Made by a program: the position numbers and the translations under genes. This document shows positions 11,101 through 19,424 of a stretch of 64,000 nt of DNA, one piece after another. The notes under the pieces are model-generated. The model saw only the letters and a list, made by a program, of their open reading frames with translations. It was not told the DNA's origin and made no database searches. How positions within the stretch are numbered: the stretch's first letter is position 1; every line of letters begins with the position of its first letter. Source of the stretch: an uncultured delta proteobacterium (GTDB lineage: Bacteria; Myxococcota; Kuafuiibacteriia; Kuafuiibacteriales; Kuafuiibacteriaceae); NCBI GenBank assembly GCA_963803435.1, contig CAWDML010000001.1, positions 768,001 to 832,000 of the forward strand, written 5' to 3'.

Positions 11101-11518
11101 GCTGGAGAGCTCCCTGTTGTGGTCCACGCTGGCGGCGGGCTACCTGCAGCTGGGCAAGCGTGCCCGTGCGGACGAGCTGATCGAGCGCTCACTCGCGATC
11201 GTGTTCGACGGCGAGCTCGACTACGTCTCCCGCTTCGAGGGCGGCGCGCTGGCGATCGAGGTCCTGCGCCATTGGCCAACCTACGAGCGCGCCCTGCACT
11301 ACCGCCGCTACCTTCGCGGGCTCGAGCACTTCAAGGACCTCTACACCACCAGCGAGTGGTTCGAGGCCCACAAGATCCTGCTGCTCGAGAGGATCATCGA
11401 TGCGGTCGCCGACAGCGCCACGCGGCAGTCGGATCGCGTCCAGGCCTTCCTCGACCTCGAGGAGCACGCCGTGAGGAGCAAGATCATCCTCGACTGGAAA
11501 GAGCAATGTGGAGCCTAG
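8174..11518 (+). CDS. 1114-aa FtsH-ternary-system large component (fvmX7-like), Pro-rich linker then TPR-like helical solenoid
   Basis: Long ORF with coding-like bias, 3 nt after the previous stop. N-terminal globular part (PPLYLL..LWIEWGFMHPL..NLYLPVGRRLVP), linker PPAMPPPEPEP, TPR-like AWRRLAELETRLGEIDEAAACLENA. Confidence 0.75.
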   Translation: MVYGLRLAGTVADAAALEILATACPELVESSWCTIAEPDGRGSALFCEALERRRARALADHGVEVVRIEGGPQGFTVEAPGDGKIESWPAEVRRAETLLEALRPVPVDGDPIATEALFVVGGSARPLLERLLLLGRDDARVVELEDGGTRLFCVRMTAPPLYLLMRARDQREEHTVAYASAGTPRLWIEWGFMHPLARIAARAVEHTDKSALIDASGRWRFGPRELAGRSIFDAVEPALPADRLDLTPSPDRTRFVVQLRFAPGPEHEPDLWLLDADRFFSLEHFVQDAGDEEIRRLTVARLDRGDGRPLYLLRERMKPGVTRFGTRLSDLVGSRGFTKNTATDNLYLPVGRRLVPKVGREELRRLLSLEDAMLVIVDEDRDGPKVLRVPEVEESSLAEWVQHVATDRRLELDLLLERTVFSFPPMDVERAAASMKAPPAMPPPEPEPRVVGSKRSKPAVEPVAVRAEPDELALDDLAEIRVQARALETELAKGGSDDPEAWRRLAELETRLGEIDEAAACLENALFFGRLPRPSGKQSTPASGAGSAGFTRAGTGDLISDLRELRARTYEHAGVDLVDLVLKDGHAPREAAYLAARFVEAVSRGDRLMDDMVQVALQTFAEPGLPISRRMAWVALSSWHRRVDDKLGLTRAREALLGALNDRGLSELYDLPRFVRYALALEDDEVGTNGERSRVEQLEALERLLTETFGRVLPDFDVMANFVRVLFAIGMMRLGASAHARVLVASVEHELPAHDAPNQALYRLYLARMAFEGAESDPSAWRSQVEQILSAADERGRRPAAWLAKRSIWLGATDDKPVPRMRTLIDRLLAAAEDERAELGATLTRLATDRVYRLYDWELVVVIERLMKVALATGSDDVIAEVLEAAQAQLPSMEILGHRVRAIAACLKGAATIDHTQRVEWLVDRIIEVTAAADVPWVRELLLAVNPCLSILRRLGASEPAARLLDSLEPVPLRTKLESSLLWSTLAAGYLQLGKRARADELIERSLAIVFDGELDYVSRFEGGALAIEVLRHWPTYERALHYRRYLRGLEHFKDLYTTSEWFEAHKILLLERIIDAVADSATRQSDRVQAFLDLEEHAVRSKIILDWKEQCGA

Positions 11519-12492
11519 AGGAGCTTGAACCCGAGATCGACGACGTCCGCGCGCGGATCCTCCAGCACCGGCGCGATCTCGCCGAGTACTTCGTCAAGCG
11601 GAGCGAGGAGATCGATCTGGCGGTCGTGTGCGCGGCGGCGCAGGAGCCTCTCCTGTTCGTGGGCCCGCCCGGCACGGCGAAGAGCGACCTGGTGGTGAAG
11701 TTCGTCGAGAGCATGGGCCTCGGCGCCGGTGACTACTTCGAGTACATGCTCACCAAGTTCACCGAGCCGAGCGAGATCCTCGGTCCTATCGACATCGAGA
11801 AGCTGAAGGAGGGCCGCTTCCTCCGGCGCACCCGCGGCATGCTGCCCACCGCCAAGGTGGCCTTCCTGGACGAGATCTTCAAGTCGAACAGCGCGATCCT
11901 CAACACGCTGTTGACCATCCTCAACGAGCGCAAGTTCTACCAGGACGGCGAGCCGATCCCGGTGGCGCTCATGATGCTGTTCGCAGCCACCAACGACATC
12001 CCCGACCAGACCGAGCTGGAGGCGATGGCCGATCGCTTCGCCATCAAGGTGGAGACGCGGCCGGTGAAGGACACGCACTTCACGGAGCTCGTCGACGCCG
12101 GCATCATGAACGAGGGCTACCGCGCCACCGGCCGCAAGCCCTGGGCGCGGGCCTCGGCCTCGTTCGAGGACTTCACCAAGCTGAAGCGCTTCATGGATCT
12201 CATGTTCTCCAGCACGGGTGATCGCGGCGCCGATCGCGACCATTGGTTTCCTGCCCCGGTGTTCGCGGAGATGCGCCGCATCGTCCGGGCGCTGGAGCAG
12301 GAGGACAAGGTCTTCGTCTCCGATCGCAAGCTGGTGAAGCTCTACAAGCTGATTCGGACCCGCGCGTTCCTCTTCCACGGCGGCGCCGTCACTCCCGAAG
12401 ATCTCCGCCTCCTCGCCTACGTGGGGAACCGTGTGCACGAGCTCCCGGTGGTGGCCGAGAAGGTGCACGCTCTGCTCGGGATCGCCGAGTAG
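11506..12492 (+). CDS. MoxR/RavA-family AAA+ ATPase
   Basis: GPPGTAKS, LTKFTEPSEILGP, FLDEIFKSNSAILNTLLTILNER, VSDRK. Real start MWSLEEL at 11506 inside a longer shadow ORF. Confidence 0.92.
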   Translation: MWSLEELEPEIDDVRARILQHRRDLAEYFVKRSEEIDLAVVCAAAQEPLLFVGPPGTAKSDLVVKFVESMGLGAGDYFEYMLTKFTEPSEILGPIDIEKLKEGRFLRRTRGMLPTAKVAFLDEIFKSNSAILNTLLTILNERKFYQDGEPIPVALMMLFAATNDIPDQTELEAMADRFAIKVETRPVKDTHFTELVDAGIMNEGYRATGRKPWARASASFEDFTKLKRFMDLMFSSTGDRGADRDHWFPAPVFAEMRRIVRALEQEDKVFVSDRKLVKLYKLIRTRAFLFHGGAVTPEDLRLLAYVGNRVHELPVVAEKVHALLGIAE

Positions 12493-12497
12493 TGACG

Positions 12498-13907
12498 ATG
12501 GTCCGGCGCCTGGAGAAGAGCGAGCTCATGCCGGCAGTCACGGCCTGGGCGTACGCTGCAGGCGCCGGCGGAAAGCCGCGCGAGACCATCCCGCCCGCGC
12601 TGGAGTGGTTGAGAAAGCTCTGGGAGCTCGGCCACGACCATCTGCCGCTCGATCTGGTCCACGACCTCGGGCACCTCTTGATCGCGGGGCGCGACTTCGC
12701 GTTCGCCTCGGATCGACGGCTCGACGGCTGGTCGGAGGAGGAGCGGCGCTGGCGGCTCGAGTACGAGGATCGAACGCTCGCACGCTGGGCCCTGGATCCG
12801 ACGCTGGCCGACGCCCACGTGGCCATCGCCGGCGTGAACGTCGAGCTCCGGAGCACCGCGGTGGTGCACGCGATCGGGCTGGCGCTGGCCGGCGTCACCG
12901 CCGACGTCGTGCGCGGAAACTCGGCGCTGCTCCGCACCGAGGCGGAGGGGATGAGAGCGGCGATCGCCGAGCTGCCCGAGGAGGACGAGGAGTGGCGCGA
13001 GATCGTCGATCCTGCCTGGCTCGAGTGGGTGCTCTCCGCCCGGCGCGTGGTCCTCACGTCGCTGGTCCGACCGCGTCTCTGGTCAGAGGAAGATCTCTGG
13101 GAGATCGCACACCTCGACCGGCTGCCCAGCGAGTCCGCGCGCCTCGCCTTGCGCGAGATCCACCGGGCCACTCTCCGCATCGGGCCCGTCGACGCCACCA
13201 CCTCGCTCAGGGTGAAGCGCCGCGCCAAGGAGGTCCCCATCGACGAGGAGATGGCGGATCAATATCCAGCAGGCGGCTTCGAGGCGCTGAGCAATCGGGG
13301 ACGCTTCGAGAACCTGGTGCGCTCCGAGATCGCCTACGTGGGCGAGGCCGGCGCCGGGTCGGGCGTCGATCTCTTCGACGTCCGCTTCGCGCAGGGTGAG
13401 CTCCTCTTCTACACGCGCGACGAGAGCCCGATGCTCGACGCCCGCACCGACGTCACGGTCGTGATCGATCGTCCGAGCGAGCTGCGCCACAAGCACGCCG
13501 CGCTCCCGGCCCAGACGCTGGTGATGGTCGAGGGCCTGGCGCTCCGCCTGCAGGCCGACCTGGTGGCGATGCTGGGTCCCTCGGCCAGCCGCATGAGCCT
13601 CGAGTGGCTCGCGCGCCCCGAGGACCGGAGCGTGATCGAGGAGGAGCAGGCGCTCCTGGAGATGACGCTGGCCGCCGAGCTCGCGCACGACCGCGTCCAG
13701 CTTCACACGCGCAGCGCCTGGGCCGAAGTGGGCGCGCGCGGCCGGATTGTATTCTCGCCGCTGCCGCCGGCGCCGGGGGTCGAGCGGAGCGCGTGGGTTC
13801 GCGTCGGCGAGCAACGCTGGTCGGTAGAAGACGTGACCATCGACGCCTCCGACCCGGCCGGCCTGCGTGAGATCGCGGATGCGTTGCTCGTTCGACTGTG
13901 GGCATGA
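12498..13907 (+). CDS. vWA-like MoxR partner (FtsH-ternary type, degenerate MIDAS)
   Basis: Follows MoxR directly. YPAGGFEALSNRG..ENLVRSEIAY..DLFDVRFAQGELLFYTRDE precedes a VTVVID beta-strand, as in MoxR-associated vWA proteins; DxSxS is not intact. Confidence 0.7.
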   Translation: MVRRLEKSELMPAVTAWAYAAGAGGKPRETIPPALEWLRKLWELGHDHLPLDLVHDLGHLLIAGRDFAFASDRRLDGWSEEERRWRLEYEDRTLARWALDPTLADAHVAIAGVNVELRSTAVVHAIGLALAGVTADVVRGNSALLRTEAEGMRAAIAELPEEDEEWREIVDPAWLEWVLSARRVVLTSLVRPRLWSEEDLWEIAHLDRLPSESARLALREIHRATLRIGPVDATTSLRVKRRAKEVPIDEEMADQYPAGGFEALSNRGRFENLVRSEIAYVGEAGAGSGVDLFDVRFAQGELLFYTRDESPMLDARTDVTVVIDRPSELRHKHAALPAQTLVMVEGLALRLQADLVAMLGPSASRMSLEWLARPEDRSVIEEEQALLEMTLAAELAHDRVQLHTRSAWAEVGARGRIVFSPLPPAPGVERSAWVRVGEQRWSVEDVTIDASDPAGLREIADALLVRLWA

Positions 13908-13914
13908 TGGGCCG

Positions 13915-15267
13915 GTGCGGGGGCTGTTGATCGGACTCGCCCTGGCCGCGTGCGGGCCCACCCGGGCGCAGGTCGTGCTCCCGGAGCCTCCCGTCGATGC
14001 GTCCGCATCGTCCCTCGTCCTGGTGTTCGAGGGCGACACCACCTTTCTCTACGCGATCGATCTGACGGACAGCGCGGGACCACTGCTCGATCTGGTGACA
14101 CCAGGTTGGACCCGCCCCCAGTTCACCGCGGTCGCGTTCGCGTTCGACCGCCCGCTGGCCGACTACGATCTCGAGCCTGGCTTCCTCGATGTGGTCGCCG
14201 GACCCCGCTCGTGCGGACTCGAACGTCCGAGCGCAGTCGCCACGTACGACTCGTCGAAGGGGACCTGGCAGGCGCTCGATCCTCCGACGCACGGTGCGCT
14301 CGGCCGGCTCATCGACGAGGCCCACTACGGCTGCACGAAACGCGATCTGTGCCGCACGTTCACGGCACAGACCGTCACGCTCGAGCATCCGGACAACGTG
14401 AGCATCCTGCTGCCGCTCGACGACACCAAGGTCCTGATCGGCGTCACCTACGCGCACTTCTACGAGGTCTCTCCCACCGAGGCTGTCGAGCGGACCGACC
14501 TCGCCGGGCTTCCGTCCTCGTCGGGGTCGATCTCCGAGACGGGAGAGATCTGGTTGGGCGGCCACGGCGTGATCGCGCGAGGTACGCTCCTAGGAGGGTT
14601 CGAGGAGACCACCGTCGGCGAGTACGACGACGAGGTGGGCGCGATCGCCGTGCGCGGCCGGGCCGCCGCCGAGGAGGGGCTCGCCATCGCGGTCACCGAC
14701 ATCCCGGACTCCGACACGGCGACCATCACCGTGTACCGCCTGCGCGGCGGGGTGTGGACCCCCATCGAGCGGCACCTCGAGCCCAGCGGCGACGCCAGCC
14801 AGTGCGCCATCCGCTGGCTCGGCGATCAGGCGCTGCTGGTGTTCAGCGGCATCCACGGCCTGGCCTACGACGGGGCCGGCCTCACCTCCTTCGCGCTGGA
14901 CTCGCCGATCCCGCTGTTCGAGCCGCGCCTCAACGCCATCGCCGGACGGGACGACTTCGGCGTGGTCATCGGGACGAACGACGGCTATCTGTACCATCTG
15001 GCCGGCGGGCTCACCGACTTCGTCGCGATCCCGACGGCGCTCCTCGGCAACGGCATCGACGCGGTGGCGCCGGCGTACGAGGGCTTCCTGTTCGGCGGCC
15101 CGGACGGCACGGTGAATCAGTTCTATCCCGACACGATGGGCTGCAGCGCAGAGCGGCTGGCCACCTCGGACGCGGAGCGGATCCTACAGGTGGGCGAGCG
15201 CATCGTGATCACCGGAGGCAACCCCGACTATTCGAGGCCCAACACGGTTACCTGGCTTTCCGAGTGA
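13915..15267 (+). CDS. Lipoprotein, probable beta-propeller
   Basis: GTG start, LALAAC lipobox, repeated short beta-strand/Gly motifs. Confidence 0.7.
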   Translation: MRGLLIGLALAACGPTRAQVVLPEPPVDASASSLVLVFEGDTTFLYAIDLTDSAGPLLDLVTPGWTRPQFTAVAFAFDRPLADYDLEPGFLDVVAGPRSCGLERPSAVATYDSSKGTWQALDPPTHGALGRLIDEAHYGCTKRDLCRTFTAQTVTLEHPDNVSILLPLDDTKVLIGVTYAHFYEVSPTEAVERTDLAGLPSSSGSISETGEIWLGGHGVIARGTLLGGFEETTVGEYDDEVGAIAVRGRAAAEEGLAIAVTDIPDSDTATITVYRLRGGVWTPIERHLEPSGDASQCAIRWLGDQALLVFSGIHGLAYDGAGLTSFALDSPIPLFEPRLNAIAGRDDFGVVIGTNDGYLYHLAGGLTDFVAIPTALLGNGIDAVAPAYEGFLFGGPDGTVNQFYPDTMGCSAERLATSDAERILQVGERIVITGGNPDYSRPNTVTWLSE

Positions 15268-15287
15268 CTTCGGATTAGATCGCGCGG

Positions 15288-16169
15288 GTGCAAGCCTATC
15301 TCGACATCGTGCGCGAAGTTCTGGCGAAAGGGACGCGCAAGGAGAACCGGACCGGGGTCGACACGATCTCCACCTTCAACATCAACTACGAGATCGATCT
15401 GTCTGCGGGCTTCCCGCTGCTCACCACGAAGGAGATCTCGTGGAAGAACATCGTCGTCGAGAACCTCTGGTTCCTCTCAGGCGACACCGACATCGGCCTC
15501 CTGAAGAAGCACGGCTGCAAGTTCTGGGATCCGTGGGCCGACGAGGGCGGACGGGTCCCGAGCGCCTACGGCAACTTCTGGCGGAGCTTTCCCGTGCACG
15601 ACCAGGCCGGCAGGGCCGCGTTCAACGATCAGGTGGCCTGGGTCGTCGAGGAGCTGAGGCGGAATCCGACGAGCCGGCGCCTCGTGATCAGCGCGTGGGC
15701 GCCCGGCAATGCGCAGACGAGCAAGCTCCCCCCGTGCCACTGCCTCTACGTGCTCAACGTGCAGATGGATGGGGACGGCGAGCCGCGCCTGTGCCTCCAC
15801 CTGACGCAGCGAAGCTGCGACGTCGCGCTCGGCGTTCCCTACAACATCGCCGGCTACGCACTGCTTCTCGAGCTCTTCGGTCGATTCTCCCGGATCAGGC
15901 CCGGCCTGTTCGCGCACACGTTGATCGATGCACACGTGTACACCGCCAAGCCGGACGGTTCGATGGCGGAGCACGACCACGTGCCCGGCCTGAAGGAGCA
16001 GCTCACGCGATCGCCGAGGCCCCTCCCCCGGCTGCGGATCTCCGACGCCATCCAGCGCCTGGACGACCTCAGGCCGCTCCTGGAAGCGGACACCGACACC
16101 GTGATGAAGCACTTCAAGCTCGAGGGCTACGATCCCTATCCCGCCATCCGCTTCAAGGTCGCGGTCTGA
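15288..16169 (+). CDS. thyA: Thymidylate synthase
   Basis: NRTGVDT, FPLLTTK, SRRLVISAW, LPPCH, QRSCDVALGVPYN, DAHVY. Confidence 0.97.
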   Translation: MQAYLDIVREVLAKGTRKENRTGVDTISTFNINYEIDLSAGFPLLTTKEISWKNIVVENLWFLSGDTDIGLLKKHGCKFWDPWADEGGRVPSAYGNFWRSFPVHDQAGRAAFNDQVAWVVEELRRNPTSRRLVISAWAPGNAQTSKLPPCHCLYVLNVQMDGDGEPRLCLHLTQRSCDVALGVPYNIAGYALLLELFGRFSRIRPGLFAHTLIDAHVYTAKPDGSMAEHDHVPGLKEQLTRSPRPLPRLRISDAIQRLDDLRPLLEADTDTVMKHFKLEGYDPYPAIRFKVAV

Positions 16170-16170
16170 G

Positions 16171-16671
16171 ATGGCGAACAGAGAGATCCGGATGATCGCC
16201 GCCGTCTCCCCCGACGGCGTGATCGGCGTCGATGGTCGAATCCCGTGGCGCTACCCGAGCGACCTCGCTCGCTTCAAGCGCCTGACCACCAGCACCACGG
16301 TGATCATGGGACGATCCACGTACGAGTCGATGGGAAAGCCGCTCCCCAACCGGCGCAACCTCGTCGTGACGACGCGAGCGATCTCCGGGGTCGAGTGTTT
16401 CTCGACGCTCCCCGCCGCGCTCGAGTCCTGCACCGGCGCGGTCTGGCTGATCGGCGGCGCCCGCATCTATGCGGAGGGGATGGGCTACGCCGACCTGATC
16501 GACCTGACGTACGTCCCCGATGCGATCGATGTGACCGGCGCGGTCTTGTTCCCTCCGATCGACGAGGCGGTCTTCGAGCCGGGCCCTCGCACGCAGGATC
16601 CCGACGATCCGCGGCTCGAGCGTCGAATCTACCGCCGTCGCGCGACCGCCCGCAGCTCGAGCGCCACCTGA
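16171..16671 (+). CDS. folA: Dihydrofolate reductase
   Basis: IAAVS..GVIG..IPW..DLARFK, VIMGRSTYES, PLPNRRNLV, IGGARIY; adjacent to thyA. Confidence 0.95.
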   Translation: MANREIRMIAAVSPDGVIGVDGRIPWRYPSDLARFKRLTTSTTVIMGRSTYESMGKPLPNRRNLVVTTRAISGVECFSTLPAALESCTGAVWLIGGARIYAEGMGYADLIDLTYVPDAIDVTGAVLFPPIDEAVFEPGPRTQDPDDPRLERRIYRRRATARSSSAT

Positions 16672-18053
16672 CGCTCGAGGATCGGCTTCAGCGATTCACC
16701 GTCGAGCTCTCCGGCGTCGAAGAGCGCGCGCTGGATCGCGAGCGCATCGGTGCTCTCCAGCCGATCCTCGGCACGGCTCCGCATCGCCCGCGCGGCCTCG
16801 TCCCACCGATGCTGCGCGAGCAGATCCTGGACGTGATGGTGGAAGCCCTCCAGGTCCGTAGCCATCGCCTCCGACCCGCTCGATCCTCGGCCGGCGAGAT
16901 GGAGCACCCCGGCGAACGAGATCAGCAGCATCGCGACGCTGGCGACGATGGGAACCATCCACCCGACCATCGATCGGCCGCGCCGCTTTCCCACGGGTCG
17001 GGCCGTCGGCATCGAGTCGGTGTGCACCGCGCCCGAGGCCTCCCCGCTCTCGCCGTCCTGGCTTCGCGGGATGACCTCCGGCCTGGAGGCCTCCGAGGCG
17101 GTCGTGTCGAAGGAGGCCGCGTCGACGGGGGTCAGGGTCTCGGCCGAGCTGGAGATCGAGAAGAGCTCGGCGATCGTCCTCGCCAACTCGGCCGGCGACA
17201 GGACGGCGATGCCTCCGGAGGCCGAGCTCAGGCTCTCAGCAAACGCGCGGCTGTCCTGCGGTCGCTGCTCGGGATCCTTCGCCAGCGCGGTCCTGACCGC
17301 GTCCCAGAGCGGCTCCGGGAGATGGGGTGCGACCTCGCGGAACGGTCTCGGCTGCGCCGTCAACACCGCGTGCAGGACCTCCTTCGGATCGCGGGTGGCC
17401 ACCACCGGGACGCCGGTCAGCGCCTCGTAGAGGATCGCGCCCACCGCGTAAAGGTCGCTCCGGCGATCGGTCTGGCCCCCCTCGATCTGCTCCGGCGCGG
17501 TGTAGCGGAACGTGCCCAGCACGACGCCCGGCGTGGTCTGGAATCGATCGACCTTCGCGGCGGCCAGTCCGAAGTCGATGATCTTCACCAGGCCGCTCCT
17601 GCTCAGCATGATGTTGTTCGGTGAGAGGTCGCGATGAACGATGTCGAGCGGTTCGCCCTCGGGCCCCCTGAGCGCGTGGGCGTGCTCCAGCCCGGCGAGG
17701 ACCGCCAGCGCGATCGCCAGCGCGGCGCCGGGCGGCATCGTGCGCCCGTCGAGCAGGCAGCGCTTGAAGATGCTGCGCAGCGTGTGACCGTCGATGTGCT
17801 CGAGCGCGAGATAGAAGATCCCGGACTCCACGCCGGCGTCGAGGATCCGCGAGACGTTGGGATGGTCGAGATACGTGAGCAAGTGTGCCTCGCGCTTGAG
17901 CCGCGAGAGGAGGCTCCGGTTCGAGCGGTACTCCATGCGCAAGAGCTTGAGGACGCAGACATGGTCGGCAGCATCGCGCCGGGCGAGATGGACCTCGCCC
18001 ATGCCTCCACGGCCGAGGGGCTCGAGGAGAAGGTAGCGTCCGAAGCGCTCCAC
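16629..18053 (-). CDS. Ser/Thr protein kinase with C-terminal TM segment
   Basis: LGRGGMGEV, HRDLSPNN, DFGLA, YTAPEQ, hydrophobic WMVPIVASVAMLLISF. Confidence 0.93.
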   Translation of the reverse strand: MERFGRYLLLEPLGRGGMGEVHLARRDAADHVCVLKLLRMEYRSNRSLLSRLKREAHLLTYLDHPNVSRILDAGVESGIFYLALEHIDGHTLRSIFKRCLLDGRTMPPGAALAIALAVLAGLEHAHALRGPEGEPLDIVHRDLSPNNIMLSRSGLVKIIDFGLAAAKVDRFQTTPGVVLGTFRYTAPEQIEGGQTDRRSDLYAVGAILYEALTGVPVVATRDPKEVLHAVLTAQPRPFREVAPHLPEPLWDAVRTALAKDPEQRPQDSRAFAESLSSASGGIAVLSPAELARTIAELFSISSSAETLTPVDAASFDTTASEASRPEVIPRSQDGESGEASGAVHTDSMPTARPVGKRRGRSMVGWMVPIVASVAMLLISFAGVLHLAGRGSSGSEAMATDLEGFHHHVQDLLAQHRWDEAARAMRSRAEDRLESTDALAIQRALFDAGELDGESLKPILERQVALELRAVARRR

Positions 18054-18075
18054 TCGCCGTCGATTGTAGCGGCGA

Positions 18076-19362
18076 TCAGTTCGGGGAGCACACTTCGCGC
18101 CCCTGGATCAGCGCCCATCCGATCGATCCGAAGACACCGGGATCGTCGAGCGAATAGTTCCAGGCCAGCACGTCACCGTCGAAAGCGAGCGCAGCCGCGG
18201 GCCAGAACGCGTCGCAGCAGAGACACGGTGCGCCCACCGATGCGATCGTGATCGGATCCGGAGAGACGTCGGGATCGTAGAGTCGAACCTCGCCAGAGAT
18301 ACGATCCGCCGGAGGCGTGCAGAGCACATCCGCCGAGACGTACCGGATCCACGCGATCCGCCCTTGGGAGATGCGGGGCGCGAAGTGATAGCCGCCGTCC
18401 TCGAACAGCGCCTCGGTGCGAACACCGTCCCAGTAGGCGATGAACGCACCCGGCGGGACCAGGCTCCCACGCGCCATCCCGCCGCAGGCGGCCACCGCCC
18501 GATCTCCTTCGGCGGAGGGAGGACCGCAGGGGCCCGGGTGGAGCACCGTCGAGTCCGACGTGACCAGGTCGAGGCGGATCAACCGACCCATGTCGACGAA
18601 GAAGAGGAGCGGGTCGCCGGAGGCGGCCTCGCCGAGGACCGGCCAGTCGACGTCGCCCGTCCGGACCACGCGCGAGCGCCGCGTCGATTGCTCGTGGACA
18701 TGGAGGGTCGCAGCTTCGTCGCCGCGCTCGGTCCAGGCCAGGAGATCGCCCAAGAGCGCAGGCTGACCGTTGAAGGCGCCCTCTCCCTCGACGAGGAACG
18801 GTCCGTCGCTCGACGACCAGCGCCACAGCTCTGCGCCCGCCTGCCAGGCCGCGCTGTCTGCAGCGACCTGTCGGGCCTCTCGACCCTCGTAGCTCTCGAA
18901 CGTGAAAAAACCGAGCTCAGAGACGTCGCGGAGGTGCACCGCGTCTTCACCTTCTCTTCGATGGAATACATTCAGACGCGTTGTGGATCCGGAGCGGGTG
19001 CGCGTGGAAAAGAGGACCGCGCCGTCGCGAGCATCGATCAGATCGCTCTCGGCGCTGCCGTCGGTCACCTCGACGGTGCGGTCGCGCAGCGGATCGAAGG
19101 AGATGATCTGCGAGGTGCCGTTCACGGGTGCGGGGCGATTCGCGTAGACGAGCCCGCGATCGACGGCCACGTAACTCGGCACCCTCGACGGTCCAGAGGA
19201 CTCGAGCGTCCCGCGCTCGATCTCGGGCGGAAGCCGCGCGCACCCGCTCGATCCCGCATCGGGTGCCGGGACCTTTTGGCCTTGGCCCGGATCGAGCGCG
19301 AGCGTTCCGGCCTCACATCCCGCGAGGACGACCACGACTGCGAGCAGCTTCGGACTTCTCAC
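18076..19362 (-). CDS. Lipoprotein, probable beta-propeller
   Basis: VVVLAGC lipobox; repeated P.L.GD..AW motifs. Confidence 0.7.
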   Translation of the reverse strand: MRSPKLLAVVVVLAGCEAGTLALDPGQGQKVPAPDAGSSGCARLPPEIERGTLESSGPSRVPSYVAVDRGLVYANRPAPVNGTSQIISFDPLRDRTVEVTDGSAESDLIDARDGAVLFSTRTRSGSTTRLNVFHRREGEDAVHLRDVSELGFFTFESYEGREARQVAADSAAWQAGAELWRWSSSDGPFLVEGEGAFNGQPALLGDLLAWTERGDEAATLHVHEQSTRRSRVVRTGDVDWPVLGEAASGDPLLFFVDMGRLIRLDLVTSDSTVLHPGPCGPPSAEGDRAVAACGGMARGSLVPPGAFIAYWDGVRTEALFEDGGYHFAPRISQGRIAWIRYVSADVLCTPPADRISGEVRLYDPDVSPDPITIASVGAPCLCCDAFWPAAALAFDGDVLAWNYSLDDPGVFGSIGWALIQGREVCSPN

Positions 19363-19424
19363 CCGCCGGTTGTACGCCTTCTCGTTGCTCCTGCGGATCG
19401 GTTGACGGTACGGTCTCCATTGCG

